Part shown: one piece after another, positions 39,489 through 51,573 of the stretch
How the letters are laid out: each line of letters starts with the position of its first letter
Position numbering within the stretch: the stretch's first letter is position 1
DNA from: Tubulanus polymorphus
Lineage: Eukaryota; Animalia; Nemertea
Length of the DNA stretch: 64,000 bases
Direction of reading: 5' to 3'
NCBI RefSeq assembly: GCF_964204645.1
Contig: NC_134036.1
Coordinates: forward strand, 9,155,859-9,219,858
Translations under genes and position numbers: made by a program
The notes under the pieces: model-generated
What the model was told of the DNA's origin: nothing
Databases searched by the model: none
What the model saw: the letters and a program-made list of their open reading frames with translations, nothing else

Positions 39489-39927
39489 TGTCTGACAGTA
39501 GAGAAGTGGATGGGAAATGGGCAACTTTATGGTTTTTAAACCATAGAGTTATGTTCGGGTTTATTCCCTCCCGCTCGCTCTACTGTCAGTCTATTAACTA
39601 TTAATGTATTCTGTATATCTATGTCTGTCTATCTATCTGTTTGTCTGACAGTAGAGAAGTGGATGGTAAATGGGCAACTTTATGGTTTTTAAACCATAAA
39701 GTTATGTTCGGGTTTATTCCCTCCCGCTCGCTCTACTGTCAGCCTATTAACTATTAATGTATTCTGTCTATCTATGTCTGTCTATATATCTGTTTGTCTG
39801 ACAGTAGAGAAGTGGATGGGAAATGGGCAACTTTATGGTTTTTAAAACATAGAGTTATGTTCGGGTTTATTCCCTCCCGCTCGCTCTACTGTCAGTCTAT
39901 TAACTATTAATGTATTCTGTCTATCTA

Positions 39928-39960
<33 letters not shown>

Positions 39961-40061
39961 GTTTGTCTGACAGTAGAGAAGTGGATGGGAAATGGGCAAC
40001 TTTATGGTTTTGTTATAGAGTTATGTTCGGGTTTATTCCCTCCCGCTCGCTCTACTGTCAG
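39489..40061. repeat. Four-unit ~153-bp tandem array with inverted ends and TCTG/TCTA microsatellite spacers
   Basis: Each unit runs ctgacagtagag...ctctactgtcag; units are near identical. Confidence 0.92.
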
Positions 40062-41854
40062 CCGTAGCCTATAGTCCTATACGAATAAAATAAACAATTA
40101 AGATATAATCTGCTTACCAGTTATTACTTCGTACATGGGGCAGGGAGGTTAAAAAATCAGAATTTCGTGCTTACGTCTGTTCGTAGGCCTATGAGATATT
40201 GACTTACCGAGATATAACTGTGGCCACAGCCACATTATCAGCCAAATCATCTTTCCTGTTGGTGAATTCCATCCTTTTCTTAAAACATGAAATTCTGGTC
40301 CACTTATTTTCGACTGGAAAGTCTTTACGGCATAGCCAATCTGAGTTCAGTCCTGGTACAGTCTGCAATAGACCTATATTCGGATAAAAATTCATGTCAC
40401 ATATTCTGCCGAAACAGCTTCGGTGCATTAGGCCTTTTCATTTCAAAGTATCAGCATGAACTTTTTAGTATTGTGGAGCTGCGGTGACCTACGGCTACTA
40501 CACCAGGTCCAGTCCTCCAGGACAGGAGGTCTTTCGAGTATCATTTTACTATTGAATGTCGAATTATCTGCCATTATACAAAGAGAATCTACCATACCTA
40601 TTTATCATTTTGCGTAAAGAAATGGTTCAGGTGGTTTTGGTAAGCTACAAAGTCAACTAAAAGCCTACACACGTATCAGCAGTACTTACTGTCAGCTGGT
40701 CAGTCGACTCGAGAACCCGGAAATAGAACAGAAATATTGCATTTCAGAGGTAAATACAGCATCTATCGTACGCATTTACACCAATTAAGCCATCGTTATC
40801 TTCCTTCATCTGTTGCCAATATCAAATATGATATCGTATGCACATAATCCAGTGTTATCCTGTGAAATCTTTGAATTTGACGTCAAAAATTATTGAAAAC
40901 ATCGCCGACGGCGGCCATTTTAGGAAAATCACCACCAGGAGGACCACTGCGTATTTTTATAATGAAATATGATTTTATCAATCTAAAAACCACAAAAACA
41001 TATTTCCTGAATGAATATCTGTTAAAGATTTAGAACAATGATTGAAAATTCATATTATGACACACAGCGCAGCGCAAAAATATAATCAGCAAGTTCACGC
41101 ACGGTAACTAAGGACGCGCACGTACGCCACTGTCAAGGGTCAAGGTCAAATTCAGCTGAAAGCTTGTACACTCGTGGACAATGAAAAAGGGGTAACAGGT
41201 GACTGATATCACACCGAATTTCAATTCCTATGAATACTTTTCATATAGTGAATTCTGTACAAGAGTTAAAAAAAACTTGAAATATTAACGAAACAGTTTT
41301 TTGACGGACAAATCGTTACCATCGAATTTTCAAAACTTTTTTAATGCCTTGGTGACCACTGGTCTAGTACGCGGTTTTCTGAAACAAAAGTGGCCAAGTT
41401 TACAGAACGACAAATGATTACAAATATTAGGAGCCTAATGCGTTTAATGATTTAATTAATTGGCATCGCGCTGATTGGTTGAAAGACGGTTGTTAGTCAT
41501 CTTGCCTGTGATTTAATTGTTTTTTTTAGTATCGATTAACCATAGATTTAATCTTATCATAACTTATTTGCAGGTGCTTCTCGCAAACATTTTCTATTCG
41601 TTTTCAAACGCAGTACTGTTCAGATGATTCGCGTCAAGCTTTGAGTCAAGTAGTAAAAAAGGTTATGTATTAGCATTACTATGCAGTCAAAATAACGCAC
41701 TGCGGCAAGTGAGGTGCTGTGATCCAGATGTGTAACCTATTAAGGAGTAATATATTTCCATCATGTCAACGCCATTCAGAAACAGTAGCAAAACATACTG
41801 CTGGTCTCTAAAAATAACAATACGACGACAACCACTTTCGAATTCGACGATATT

Positions 41855-42340
41855 CGAGAAGTTTCACTTGGGCAGTGGTGGTCAGTGATTCTAATGGGGA
41901 ATGCTTTCTAGTTTCACACCAAATGCGGTACCGGTATATCTTTCTTAAGTTCGAGAAGTTTCAATTGGTCAGTGGTGGTCAGTGATGGTCAATTCATGAA
42001 TTTTCAATGGCGAATCCTTTCTAGTTTGACACCATAACGCGGTATATCGTTCTCATATTCGAGAAGGTTGAATTGGTCAGTGGTGGTCAGTGATGGTCAA
42101 TTTATGAATTCTCGATATTTATGGCGAATCCTTTCTAGTTTGACACCATAAGGCGGTATCGAACTCATATTCGAGAAGTTTGAATTGGTCAGTGGTGGTC
42201 AGTGATGGTCAATTTATGAATTTGCAATGATGATGCCTCGGTAGTTTGAAAACAAACATGACTTGATAAATTTTCGAAATTCGCAGTCAGGTGTTCAGAC
42301 TCGGGAATATCTCAATTGGTCAGTTTCTGACCATCATGGT
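41855..42340 (-). repeat. ~110-bp tandem repeat with TGGTCA motifs
   Basis: About 4 units of tcgagaagtttcaattggtcagtggtggtcagtgatggtcaat..ctagtttgacacca. Confidence 0.8.
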
Positions 42341-43099
42341 GTCACCATTGTGGTCTATAGCTCAAATGAAACACGTGGGACCGTCGAAAGGGCCCAAAAG
42401 CGTGAGTCATTTCCTGAGTGATGTGATCCAAAAATGCCCTAACCTAAGGCAGTCTTTCGATTGGACGAAACCAAATCGGACAGATCAATTAAAATTTGGG
42501 AAGGCCACAGGCAGTGGTCTTTCTACGAAGCCCACGCGGTAGGCCTATACTTTGAGCGTATTATTATGAAATCTTTTTTTAAACCACCATATGTACCACA
42601 TTAAGTAATAAGCAAACCGGAGCTTTCATTTGCCTATCTAGACTACCCCGCCAGTACGGGTAGCCGAGCAAACCGTAAAACTCATAATGAACTTCATATC
42701 GCTGACAAAGGTAAACCAATTAACTACCCCCAATTAAGCATTTTCCATTAGAATTATCACCTAAACCGGGCCCAGGGCAGTAACGCAATTGGCTGTGTGA
42801 AAAACTAGCAACATATAACAAATCATGCAGTACAATCTTCCTCGTATCAGACCGGTGATGCTCACATCGCAGTATTCTCCACTATTACATTCTCCAGAAT
42901 TGAGGTCATCCGCATCTCTGTAGGCAGACAAAATGAAATTAGATCACCAGCGTCTCTGTAGTCAAGCACACTATACAAAATCCGAGCAACAGCTGACGCT
43001 CACATCGCGCAAATGTTTGTTTTGATCATCGCACACAAAATGATTTTCAATCGGGAGCCAAACCGGGAACCGGGAACTAGCTTCACGGGGGTTGGTTTT

Positions 43100-43460
43100 C
43101 CTGGGAGTATTCATCGACTTAAGAGTACTGTTGGTCAAAAATGAAATCTATAAAAGATGCAGCTTGAATAATATTTACCTCTTCATAACATTCGATATTG
43201 CATCCTTATATGTGTCACCACCTACTTTTAATCAACTTAAACAACATACCAGTGTTACATGTTTCTCAGGGTCGCTTAATTCTGATTTGAGAAGCTGGAA
43301 AATCCTCTATGTCCGATAATGCGTTGATATGAATGTCCGATTCATTATCTTTTCTATCAGCTAGGCACCTCCTCGCATCAGCTTGGATTTCGGTAAGCAA
43401 GTGTAGTACCTTGCGCTGAAACTCTGAGATCAAATTGAGCGCTAGCGTGTACTCTACATG
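43100..43460 (-). pseudogene. Fragment resembling transposon accessory (DUF4806-like) proteins
   Basis: SEFQRKVLHLLTEIQ...LSDIEDF and downstream LKVGGDTYKDAISNVMKR followed by a gt donor; pattern recognition only. Confidence 0.35.
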
Positions 43461-43989
43461 AACGCTGGATGATAACTGTGGTGCGTAGACACCGTTTGAT
43501 GCTAAATATAAAACTGATCGAGGCAAACACTATAACTACTTCGACTTCTTTTGTGATGATATAAATAGCAGAACCGGATACCATCCTACATTCCATAGAC
43601 GCGTCGCGTGGCAAGGGCCTTTGAATATTTGTTTTTCACGGGGACATTCATAGAGAATACGTTCGATTTATACGTAATAGCGCATCGTCTGTGGCGGCGA
43701 CATACGCTCGGGCCTGCGCTGTATGTGCCAATGTGAGCTGGTGAGGAGCGAGTGATCTCGTGTTGCAAGTTTTTCAATCCGGCACCGTCTGCCAGGGGCT
43801 TCAAGTCCGTCTAGTGTTGAAACTACAATATGGATATCGTGTTGTTTATTGTCGGATTTATATTAATACTGATTGCTGAGAATTACGCGAAAGAATACAC
43901 TAACAGACCCGGTAAGAAATTACATAGCCATACGAGAAGAGTGGATTGTGAACACCAATGTAAACAGTTGAAAAATTGCGTGTGAAACA

Positions 43990-45399
43990 ATTTCAAACAA
44001 TTTCTTGAAAATAACGTGAATCTAAAACCAAGGTCGCGATTTCGTGAATGGAAACCTGTAACAATACATGAAATGAAAGCTTTTATTTCTATATGCTTCA
44101 TAATGGGACTGGTAGAAAAGCATGAAATTGAACTATACTGGGATACTTACTGGACAACAGAAACACCTGGGTTCAAAAAAATAATGAGAAGAGATCGATT
44201 CACCTTGATTATGAGTTTACTTCACTAAGTCAACAATGAGAACAGAATACCACGTGGGGAACCAGGTCATGTGAGAGCCTTCAAAACAAAACCACTTATA
44301 GATCTACTTATACCTAAATTCAAGCAATTTTATGTGCCGTCATAACATATAGCCCTAGATGAAATGACAATTGCTTTCAAAGGCGGAAGTACATTCAAGC
44401 AGTACAACCCAAATAAACCAGATAAATGGGGGTACAAGGCATTTGTTCTCTCAGGTTCCAAGTCAGCATATATAGTAGATTGGATTCCTTACACAGGGAA
44501 ATCCATGCTGCCGATGATCGAAATGATGTGGACACTGAAGATGAGAACAGCGCTACGTATAGAATTGTTTATAAACTTTGTGAGTATAACTATGATAAAG
44601 GCCACATTGTGTTCATGGACAATTTTATACCAGTGTACCGCTAGCTACATTGTTTAGTGATCGTCAAACTGGTATCTGTGTAACAATTCGTGTGTCACAA
44701 AAAGGATTACATTTGTCAATTAAACCGCATCACAACCCACTATCTAAAGGCGATGACCCAGTTTTCAGTCGTAATGGAAAGATGTTAGTTGTCGCATGGC
44801 ATGATACAAAAGGGTACATGTCCTCACAAATGTATATACAAATAACTGTGTGGATAAACAGATACGTGCACGTGGAACAGAAACGGGTTTTCGGGACATC
44901 ATGAAGCCGAGTTGTATCAATGAGTATAACAAATACATGGGAGGCGTTGACGTCTCGGATCAGCGTACAAAAACCTACAGATTTCCACATAGATCTCGAA
45001 AGTGGTACCCGAGAATATTTCAATCCCTCTTATCAGTGTGCATGCTGAATACCTACATAATCAATACACAAGTTGCATAACAATGGCAATGTCACTCTGC
45101 AGAGATTTCAGCGAATGGCGTCCGAATCACTACTGGAAGGATATATAAACGAAACCCCACTTTCTCGTGGCCGTCAACCAACTGGAGAAATGCCACAAAG
45201 TTTGGTAGAAACACCCTTTCCAGGGAATGTTGAAAGCGGCAGGCCGAATTGTGTAGTTTGCTCAGATTCTACTCGACCCAGAGGCAGAAAACAATCGAAA
45301 TATAAGTGTATTCAATGTAACGTTGCAATGTGTGCTGTACCTTGCTTTCAACGGTTCCACACCCTCATGAATTATACGTTATGCCACCTGGACATGTAA
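43990..45399 (+). mobile_element. Decayed piggyBac (PGBD4-like) transposase
   Basis: WKPVTIHEMKAF, MRRDRF, IALDEMTIAFKG, QYNPNKPDKWGYK, VFMDNF, YNKYMGGVDVSDQ, RSRKWY, C-terminal CVVC..CIQC..CAVPCF..FH; stops and frameshifts; TIRs not located. Confidence 0.92.
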
Positions 45400-47615
45400 A
45401 AAGGTAGGAAAAGCCTTTTTTCTTTCTGTTTTCACCTTAAGAATTATGTTTTTTGAATGAGGTTACTTACCTTAGATCACAAACATAGTTCCTTTCAATA
45501 TCTTTTCTCATAAACTTAATTAACGCATTTTACTGTTTGGTACGTCGCTGTGTTCAGCATTAAGGTATGTTTGACTTTGGTGATGAATAAATAATGGAAT
45601 GAAAATATATTAGTTTTCTATGGAAGCCCTGAAACGACATTACGAATTACGTTTTACGAATTACGTCTTACGAGTTACGTTTTACGACTTGCATTTTGGG
45701 CAACGATTTACCACAACATTTCGAACAAGAGGTCAAGGTTGTGGTGCACTCTCCGTGTCGTGAATATTAAACTTTGGGTAGCAGGCAGAAGGCAGTACTT
45801 AAGTAGTGTGATCGGTTGTATTTTTTGCCGAATGCTTCAACTAATAACGATCATCGATGACATTGCAGCCCAAACAAACGCTTTGCTTTCAAATATAAAT
45901 ATATATTTTCATTATTAAAAGCTAAGACTTGTTCTGATCATTTGTTACAATTGAACAATTGTATCCGCACCGATATGGAGTCCAATTCCTTTTTATCTCC
46001 ATGAACCCCGAATAATGTCCAGTTTTGTATCGTCTAAATCATTGTTCCCTTGCCAAACAGGACAGTGCCAGTGTTTGTAATTTATTAATTAATGAATCAG
46101 GGTGTATGCAGGCTGAATCTCCATACGTTTAATCATTTGAAATTATCATAAGTCACTTTTTGACTTCCTTGGTCTCATTATTACTTGTAATAAGAAATGC
46201 GTACGAAACTCCCTCAATATCACGGATATATACATGTATATATTTCGAAATGCAAAATAAATTCAGTCAGATTCTACTGCAATCTTCAGTCATGATTCGA
46301 CTCCATTGCAAAGCCCGTGTTTTTCCGAAAAAAATTTGAAGCAATAGCTAATAAGAAAATGGAAAACGTTTGTAAAACGTATTTCGTAAAACGTAATTCG
46401 TAATGTCGTTTCAGGGCTTCCATAGTTTTCTCAATTTTTTGCCTAATTTTTCGAAGGCGATTGTTGCTATTTGGTTCTTCACATATTCCCGCAGTACGAT
46501 CTCTACGAGATGATCGCCACTGCCAAGGTGAAACAGAAAATCGACCACTCACGCGCGCGCCTTGCGCTAAACACAACCGGTGGCCGCGCGCGTTTCTATG
46601 AAAAATTTTTTACGATTGCATCATTGATAGATCTTCTGGTAAAACTCTCTTCTTCGGAAAAAAAAGTTCTAAATTGTATCTGAACTATTCACAGTGCCAC
46701 GAAATTACCTATTTTTCTCAAACGTTTCCTGAAAAAAGACGTATTGCTTTTAAACTATAGCCGTGTCAGAATTTTGCGGAAAATAATATGAACACAATCA
46801 GAAAATAGAAATCGTCACCTTTTTTAACGATATGTAAATCTAATCGGTGTGGCAAAAGGGGATGAACTACAATTAAAATAAGTAGTGATAAAAGAAAATA
46901 AGTAAATCGCGCTTGAGGTTTAAGTGCAACAGAAATAATATGTTTAAATCTGTTCAACGATGCTGCGGCACGCTGAGGTACATGCCCCCATAATGGCGCC
47001 TGGTGAAACTGAAAACATCCCTAACTGCCGAAGATAATATTATGCGCTCTAATGCAGGAAGCAAAAAACTAGAATCGAATAGATTTACTGAACTAGATAT
47101 TTAAAATATCTAGTTCAGTAAATCTATACACATATTCGCAACACAAGTTATGAAAGAGGAAGTTTATTCCGTTTTCGTTTGTTTGCTTTTTCTATGAAAG
47201 TTACCATTTTAGGACGATAGTGCGCGTCCAGCTGTGGTAGAGAACGACGTAATCAAATTGAATCAAATTGAACCGATCGAAATCGGCATTTCTGTTTGTT
47301 TTTACCTTTTTTACGCGTTAATTGGTTTGTTTTTAAACACGAATCGACAGGCTCTCGCGCACGGGTGCGACGGGAAACCCGGGTGACATACCCCACGGGG
47401 TACTTGTAAATAGACATTCCGGAACATTGCGGAACATATTTAGCAACTTACTTCTTATTCTTATTTATGCAGAAGACTTTTTTTATTGCGAATTGGACAA
47501 TAAACTCTCCAAGTTCATCGTTCTAAAACCGTATAGACCGTAGGAAGACAATTGTCTACGATTTGACTGGATCTAACATTTACCGACTTAGGAAGTGAAC
47601 TCGTATTCGAATCCG

Positions 47616-47685
47616 ATGGCCACCAAAGTCTTACTATTTCTAGCTTCGTTTCTAGTCGTATTTTTTGGTTCAACCCGCGTAAAAG
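47616..47685 (+). CDS. Host gene exon 1: signal peptide MATKVLLFLASFLVVFFGSTRVK
   Basis: ATG, hydrophobic core, G|gtacgt phase-1 donor that joins 52214 in frame. Confidence 0.72.
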
Positions 47686-49021
47686 GTACGTTCAGTTATA
47701 ATACATAAAACTTGTGTTGTTCATTTTGTTTCTTTGAGTTTTTATGGGTTTCGTCGTTAGATGAACCCATCAAAACTATTTTTAAGTAATTAAAGATGGT
47801 TTAAAGTGTCATCAATTGAACTCATTTTATGCCCTTACGTTAGCAATCGCCCGATTATCTGTGTTTAGTTTGCAACACTGATTGATGATTTTGATTTTGT
47901 TTATACTTAGTATTAAGCTAAGGCCTGAATTGCTTTACATTAAAAGATGCATCCTATCATAAAACAATTGAAAGCCACATTCAGTTGATGAACTTGATTT
48001 CAACAGTCACCGGCCGGCCTGGTTTAATATGTACTGCCCTGAAATTTGAAAAACTTATATATAGAAGCTTCTGGTTTAGTTACTGTCCCGGCCCGAATCG
48101 CAGTTTATGCTAAAGTTGTTTTATGTCACTGTCTCACGGGTTCAAAATTGTCAAGTCCAAAATGCCCATTATTAATATTGCGTAACTGTCTATCTTCCGC
48201 TGGTGAATATTGTTTTCCTCTTCCACTTGGTCAATCGTTAGACTAGCTATAGGCCCTCAGGGTACAGCTAGCAGTTGGCCTTGGGGTTCAGTCTGTGAAC
48301 AGCTTCAAAACACTCGTGTTGAATCTTGGATTTGAAGCTTGTACCCCATGTACTGTATGGCCAATCTACTTGGCCTATGTCGTGGGTTCTTGGCGCTTAT
48401 ATCGAGAGCAGACTGTATCCAGTGGTCATGGTAAGTATAATTACTGACGTTTTACCTTGAAAGTATGGATTGAACATGCACCGCATCAACGCAGTTATTT
48501 CCATTCACTTTTCAAGTTCAAAGTCAATACCAAAACCCATCATGGAAAGTTTCTTTCTGGTTAAATGATTAAATCGCAAAAACGAATGATCAGGGTTTGT
48601 TTTTTCTTTAATCCCCAACGAAAGAGTCTTAAAGAACGCTACGATTTTTGATAGAAAAACAAGTGCCCCAGTGATCAGTGGAAAATTAAATTGCGAAATT
48701 GAGGTAATTAAGATTTGATGAATGCGTTGAAGTTATAGAGAATGGAAAAGTCTTTGTATTAGTAACTGGTCGTAATTTTACTGAATCGTTGAAGTAATTG
48801 AGAATGGGTAGGTCGTCATACCAATAATTATTTTACTGAATCTTTGAAGTCATTGAGAATGGGAAGGTCGTCTTAAGTAACTAATCATAGTTTTACTAAA
48901 TCGTTGAAATTATTGAGTTAAGAATAAAAATGTCGTCATTAGTAGCTTATAAAATATGAGTCCCACAATCACAAGTTCGAAAAAGATTTAAAACATCAAA
49001 ACTATAAGGAATTTATTAAAA

Positions 49022-49063
49022 ACTCGAATTTTCGGTTTTATCCTAAAAACCATTCTCAAGAGT
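49022..49063 (-). ncRNA. Minimal type I hammerhead ribozyme (U3:A8 variant)
   Basis: ACUC-UUGAGAA-U-GGUUUU(uaggau)AAAACC-GAA-AAUU-C-GAGU: stems I and II, palindromic stem III, UUC cleavage triplet. Confidence 0.65.
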
Positions 49064-49420
49064 GACTAAAATTATGACATTTCACAGTATATATACCAGT
49101 AAGAACGACGCACACTATTGCACATGAAAACTAGGTAATATTAACAAATTATCGATAGCCTACTACGGTACACACAGTTGGCAGCTATATTTCTCGAATA
49201 ATTTTTCCCTCTCACAGTATTACCCGACGTCACATAGTTGAGTCGGCTTTAATAAATTCCCATTCAAATTCCTGTGTCAATGGTAACCTTGGTTTCTCCC
49301 CTCATAATAAACTTTTGTGCCTATACATTTCCTCTCTGGTTAATATTACCTAGTTTTCATGTGCAATAGTGTGCGTCGTTGTTACTGGTATATATACTGT
49401 GAAATGTCATAGTTTTAGTC

Positions 49421-49462
49421 ACTCTTGAGAATGGTTTTTAGGATAAAACCGAAAATTTGAGT
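49421..49462 (+). ncRNA. Second copy of the minimal hammerhead motif (UUU triplet)
   Basis: actc ttgagaa t ggtttt taggat aaaacc gaa aatt t gagt. Confidence 0.6.
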
Positions 49463-51394
49463 TTTTTATAAATTCCTTATAGTTTTGATGTTTTAAATCT
49501 TTTTCGAACTTGTGATTGTGGGACTCATATTTTATTCGTCTCTCGCGATTTATTGCGTAGTTTTATCACGTTATTAGTAGCTTATCATGATTTTTACTGA
49601 ATCGCTGAATTCATTTAGAATGAAAAGGTTTCTTCAATTTGTGTAATCTTTATTTTACCGAATAATTAAATCAATTTCATACATTATTCGAAGTGCGCGT
49701 CGTGATTGGTATTTATCGGGTTTTTCTCATTTTCATGCCATTTTTATGAATTCAACATCGCCCAAGTGTACTTTCGTGTGCTTTTCAGAACTGACATTTT
49801 CATTCTTAATTGCGTGCGCGCGTCTTCACAAACAACATTACGAAACCAGCTTTCAAGGCGGATTTCTGAATTGATCCAAAATGTCATAGCAGACAGACGA
49901 AATTAAAATAAGGCTAAATATGATACCTGAAGTAACTTTTATATTTTCTCGTCTTTATTGTCGGATTCTCGTTATAGAATCGTCTCAACACGGACATAGT
50001 ATTTTATCAATGGTGTTTTTAAGTAACCAGGTCGGATCAATCATGCTGAAAATTAACCAAGTATGAAAAAATTCCTAGCGGCTAATCCGGCCTGCCGTGG
50101 GTAAATAAAACTGGATGTGAGTTCGTATTAATCATTTATCGTGAATGAAATTCGAGTGGAAATTCAACGGAGAGACGGTAAAGAAAATTCATTAATCTAT
50201 TGATGTATAAGTTTTCCGTGGCGCATTCCATTTTAGGAAAAACTTTGGTTTACCACGCGTTCTCACGCTCAGGGCCACGGAAGGAGTTCAATGTATAGCT
50301 GTACTTTCGACTGTTGGTCGGGCCATTTTACATGATATTAACACAGAACGCCGACGCCCACTCCATCTCGGCGACTATTCCCTTATAGTTCCATGATATT
50401 TGGTACCGGCAATATGGCCATATGTCACTTGAAAACATTAAGACCTTAAGACACCGTGCACATGACGTCACAGCTTGTTTCCTTGTCAGCATTGGAGTGT
50501 TGACAATCATAAGCTGCCTCTTTGATATCCAATATCCATATTCGGAAACTTCCATTTCTATATTTCAAAAAGAATTCCATACATTAATTGTTGAACAAAA
50601 TCCTGCCTACCTGATGATCTTTCGATCCGATCGGTTCGTCTATCGGACTATGTTCAAGAAACACGACTATTCGATTTCAAGTCTGTATGAATTCTCAATT
50701 TATGTAACCTAACAACTATATCATATTAACCAGTGCATGCAGACATTATAGCAAGGTGAACTAAACCGATTTGAACGATATTTTTCCATGCCTGCCGTTC
50801 AAAATTATTTTCAAATCATCTAAGTCCATTCGTAGGCAGGAAATTGACAATCTAACAATGACTTAAAATCTTTCCACTTTTCAACACGAAAAAGTAGGAC
50901 GTTTTAGAAATCCTTCAGTACAGTGTGGAATTGATATAGAAAACGACGGTTTATTCGGAAAGTATAGTTTCACTGGTGGTATTATGACCAAATTGAGGTG
51001 TGCGTTCCAAAGATTGAGAGAAATATCTAAAAACAAAATGGATCGCAGACAAATTGAATAAATAGATTTAAGAATTAACGATTTTCGAAAATAGGACGGT
51101 CATCATATATCATCCAGATCCAGAAAACTTCCCATTTTATTGATCAACGCGGGCGGAAACCCGACACAAAAGGAAAATTGGCAAATGATCGAAACATTTG
51201 CTTTTGTTCGTCTGTTTTTTACGCTGATAATTTATTTCCGGTGTCATTTATGACGCAAACGTTGCTATAGAGATAGATCGGGAATTGAAATGCGATTTGA
51301 AAGCTTCTTTTGTTCAACCGGAAATATCCCCAGTTCATTCAATTTCTGAAAAAAGTATTTTTTTTTCTCTGAAACAACCGAGTCCTGGTACCAG

Positions 51395-51573
51395 CAGGTT
51401 CGAATCTCCGAGAGAGGGAGTAACGAGGTAGTCTCGCGAAGCTATCAGGTTTGAATCCCTGCGAAGGAGGAATGTGACAGTCTCACGATGCCATCAGGTT
51501 CAAATCCGTGCGAGGGAGGAACGTGGCAGAGTCTCGCGATGCCATCAGGTTCAAATCCCTACAAAGAAGGAAC
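51395..51573 (+). repeat. Four ~50-bp tandem units each with a Pol III B-box-like GGTTYRAATC (tRNA/SINE-derived)
   Basis: caggttcgaatc, caggtttgaatcc, caggttcaaatcc (x2), separated by ggaac...agtctcgcgatgccat-like linkers. Confidence 0.7.

Larger units (their letters stand above)
34247..41176 (+). mobile_element. Chapaev-type DNA transposon 2
   Basis: Ends CACGAcgaTAC and (rc) CACGAgtgTAC; 4-bp TSD GACA (34243-34246, 41177-41180); contains a paralogous transposase. Confidence 0.75.
48951..49572. mobile_element. Fold-back Penelope-like insert in intron 1
   Basis: ~190-bp inverted arms (48951-49142 / 49342-49533), ~39-nt tail, 13-bp direct repeat attagtagcttat (48938-48950, 49573-49585); inserted in a ~57-bp tandem array. 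Confidence 0.75.

Noticed and set aside
39489-40061. CRISPR-like appearance of this and other arrays (29200, 41855, 51395)
   Set aside because: Whole units repeat with no unique spacers, there are no cas genes, and the context is eukaryotic.
43117-45802. TTAA-bounded piggyBac termini at 43118 and ~45799
   Set aside because: The ends match only loosely (gtactg) and lack typical CC/CY TIR starts; boundaries left undefined.
51395-51470. tRNA gene
   Set aside because: Only the T-arm/B-box motif is present; no cloverleaf.
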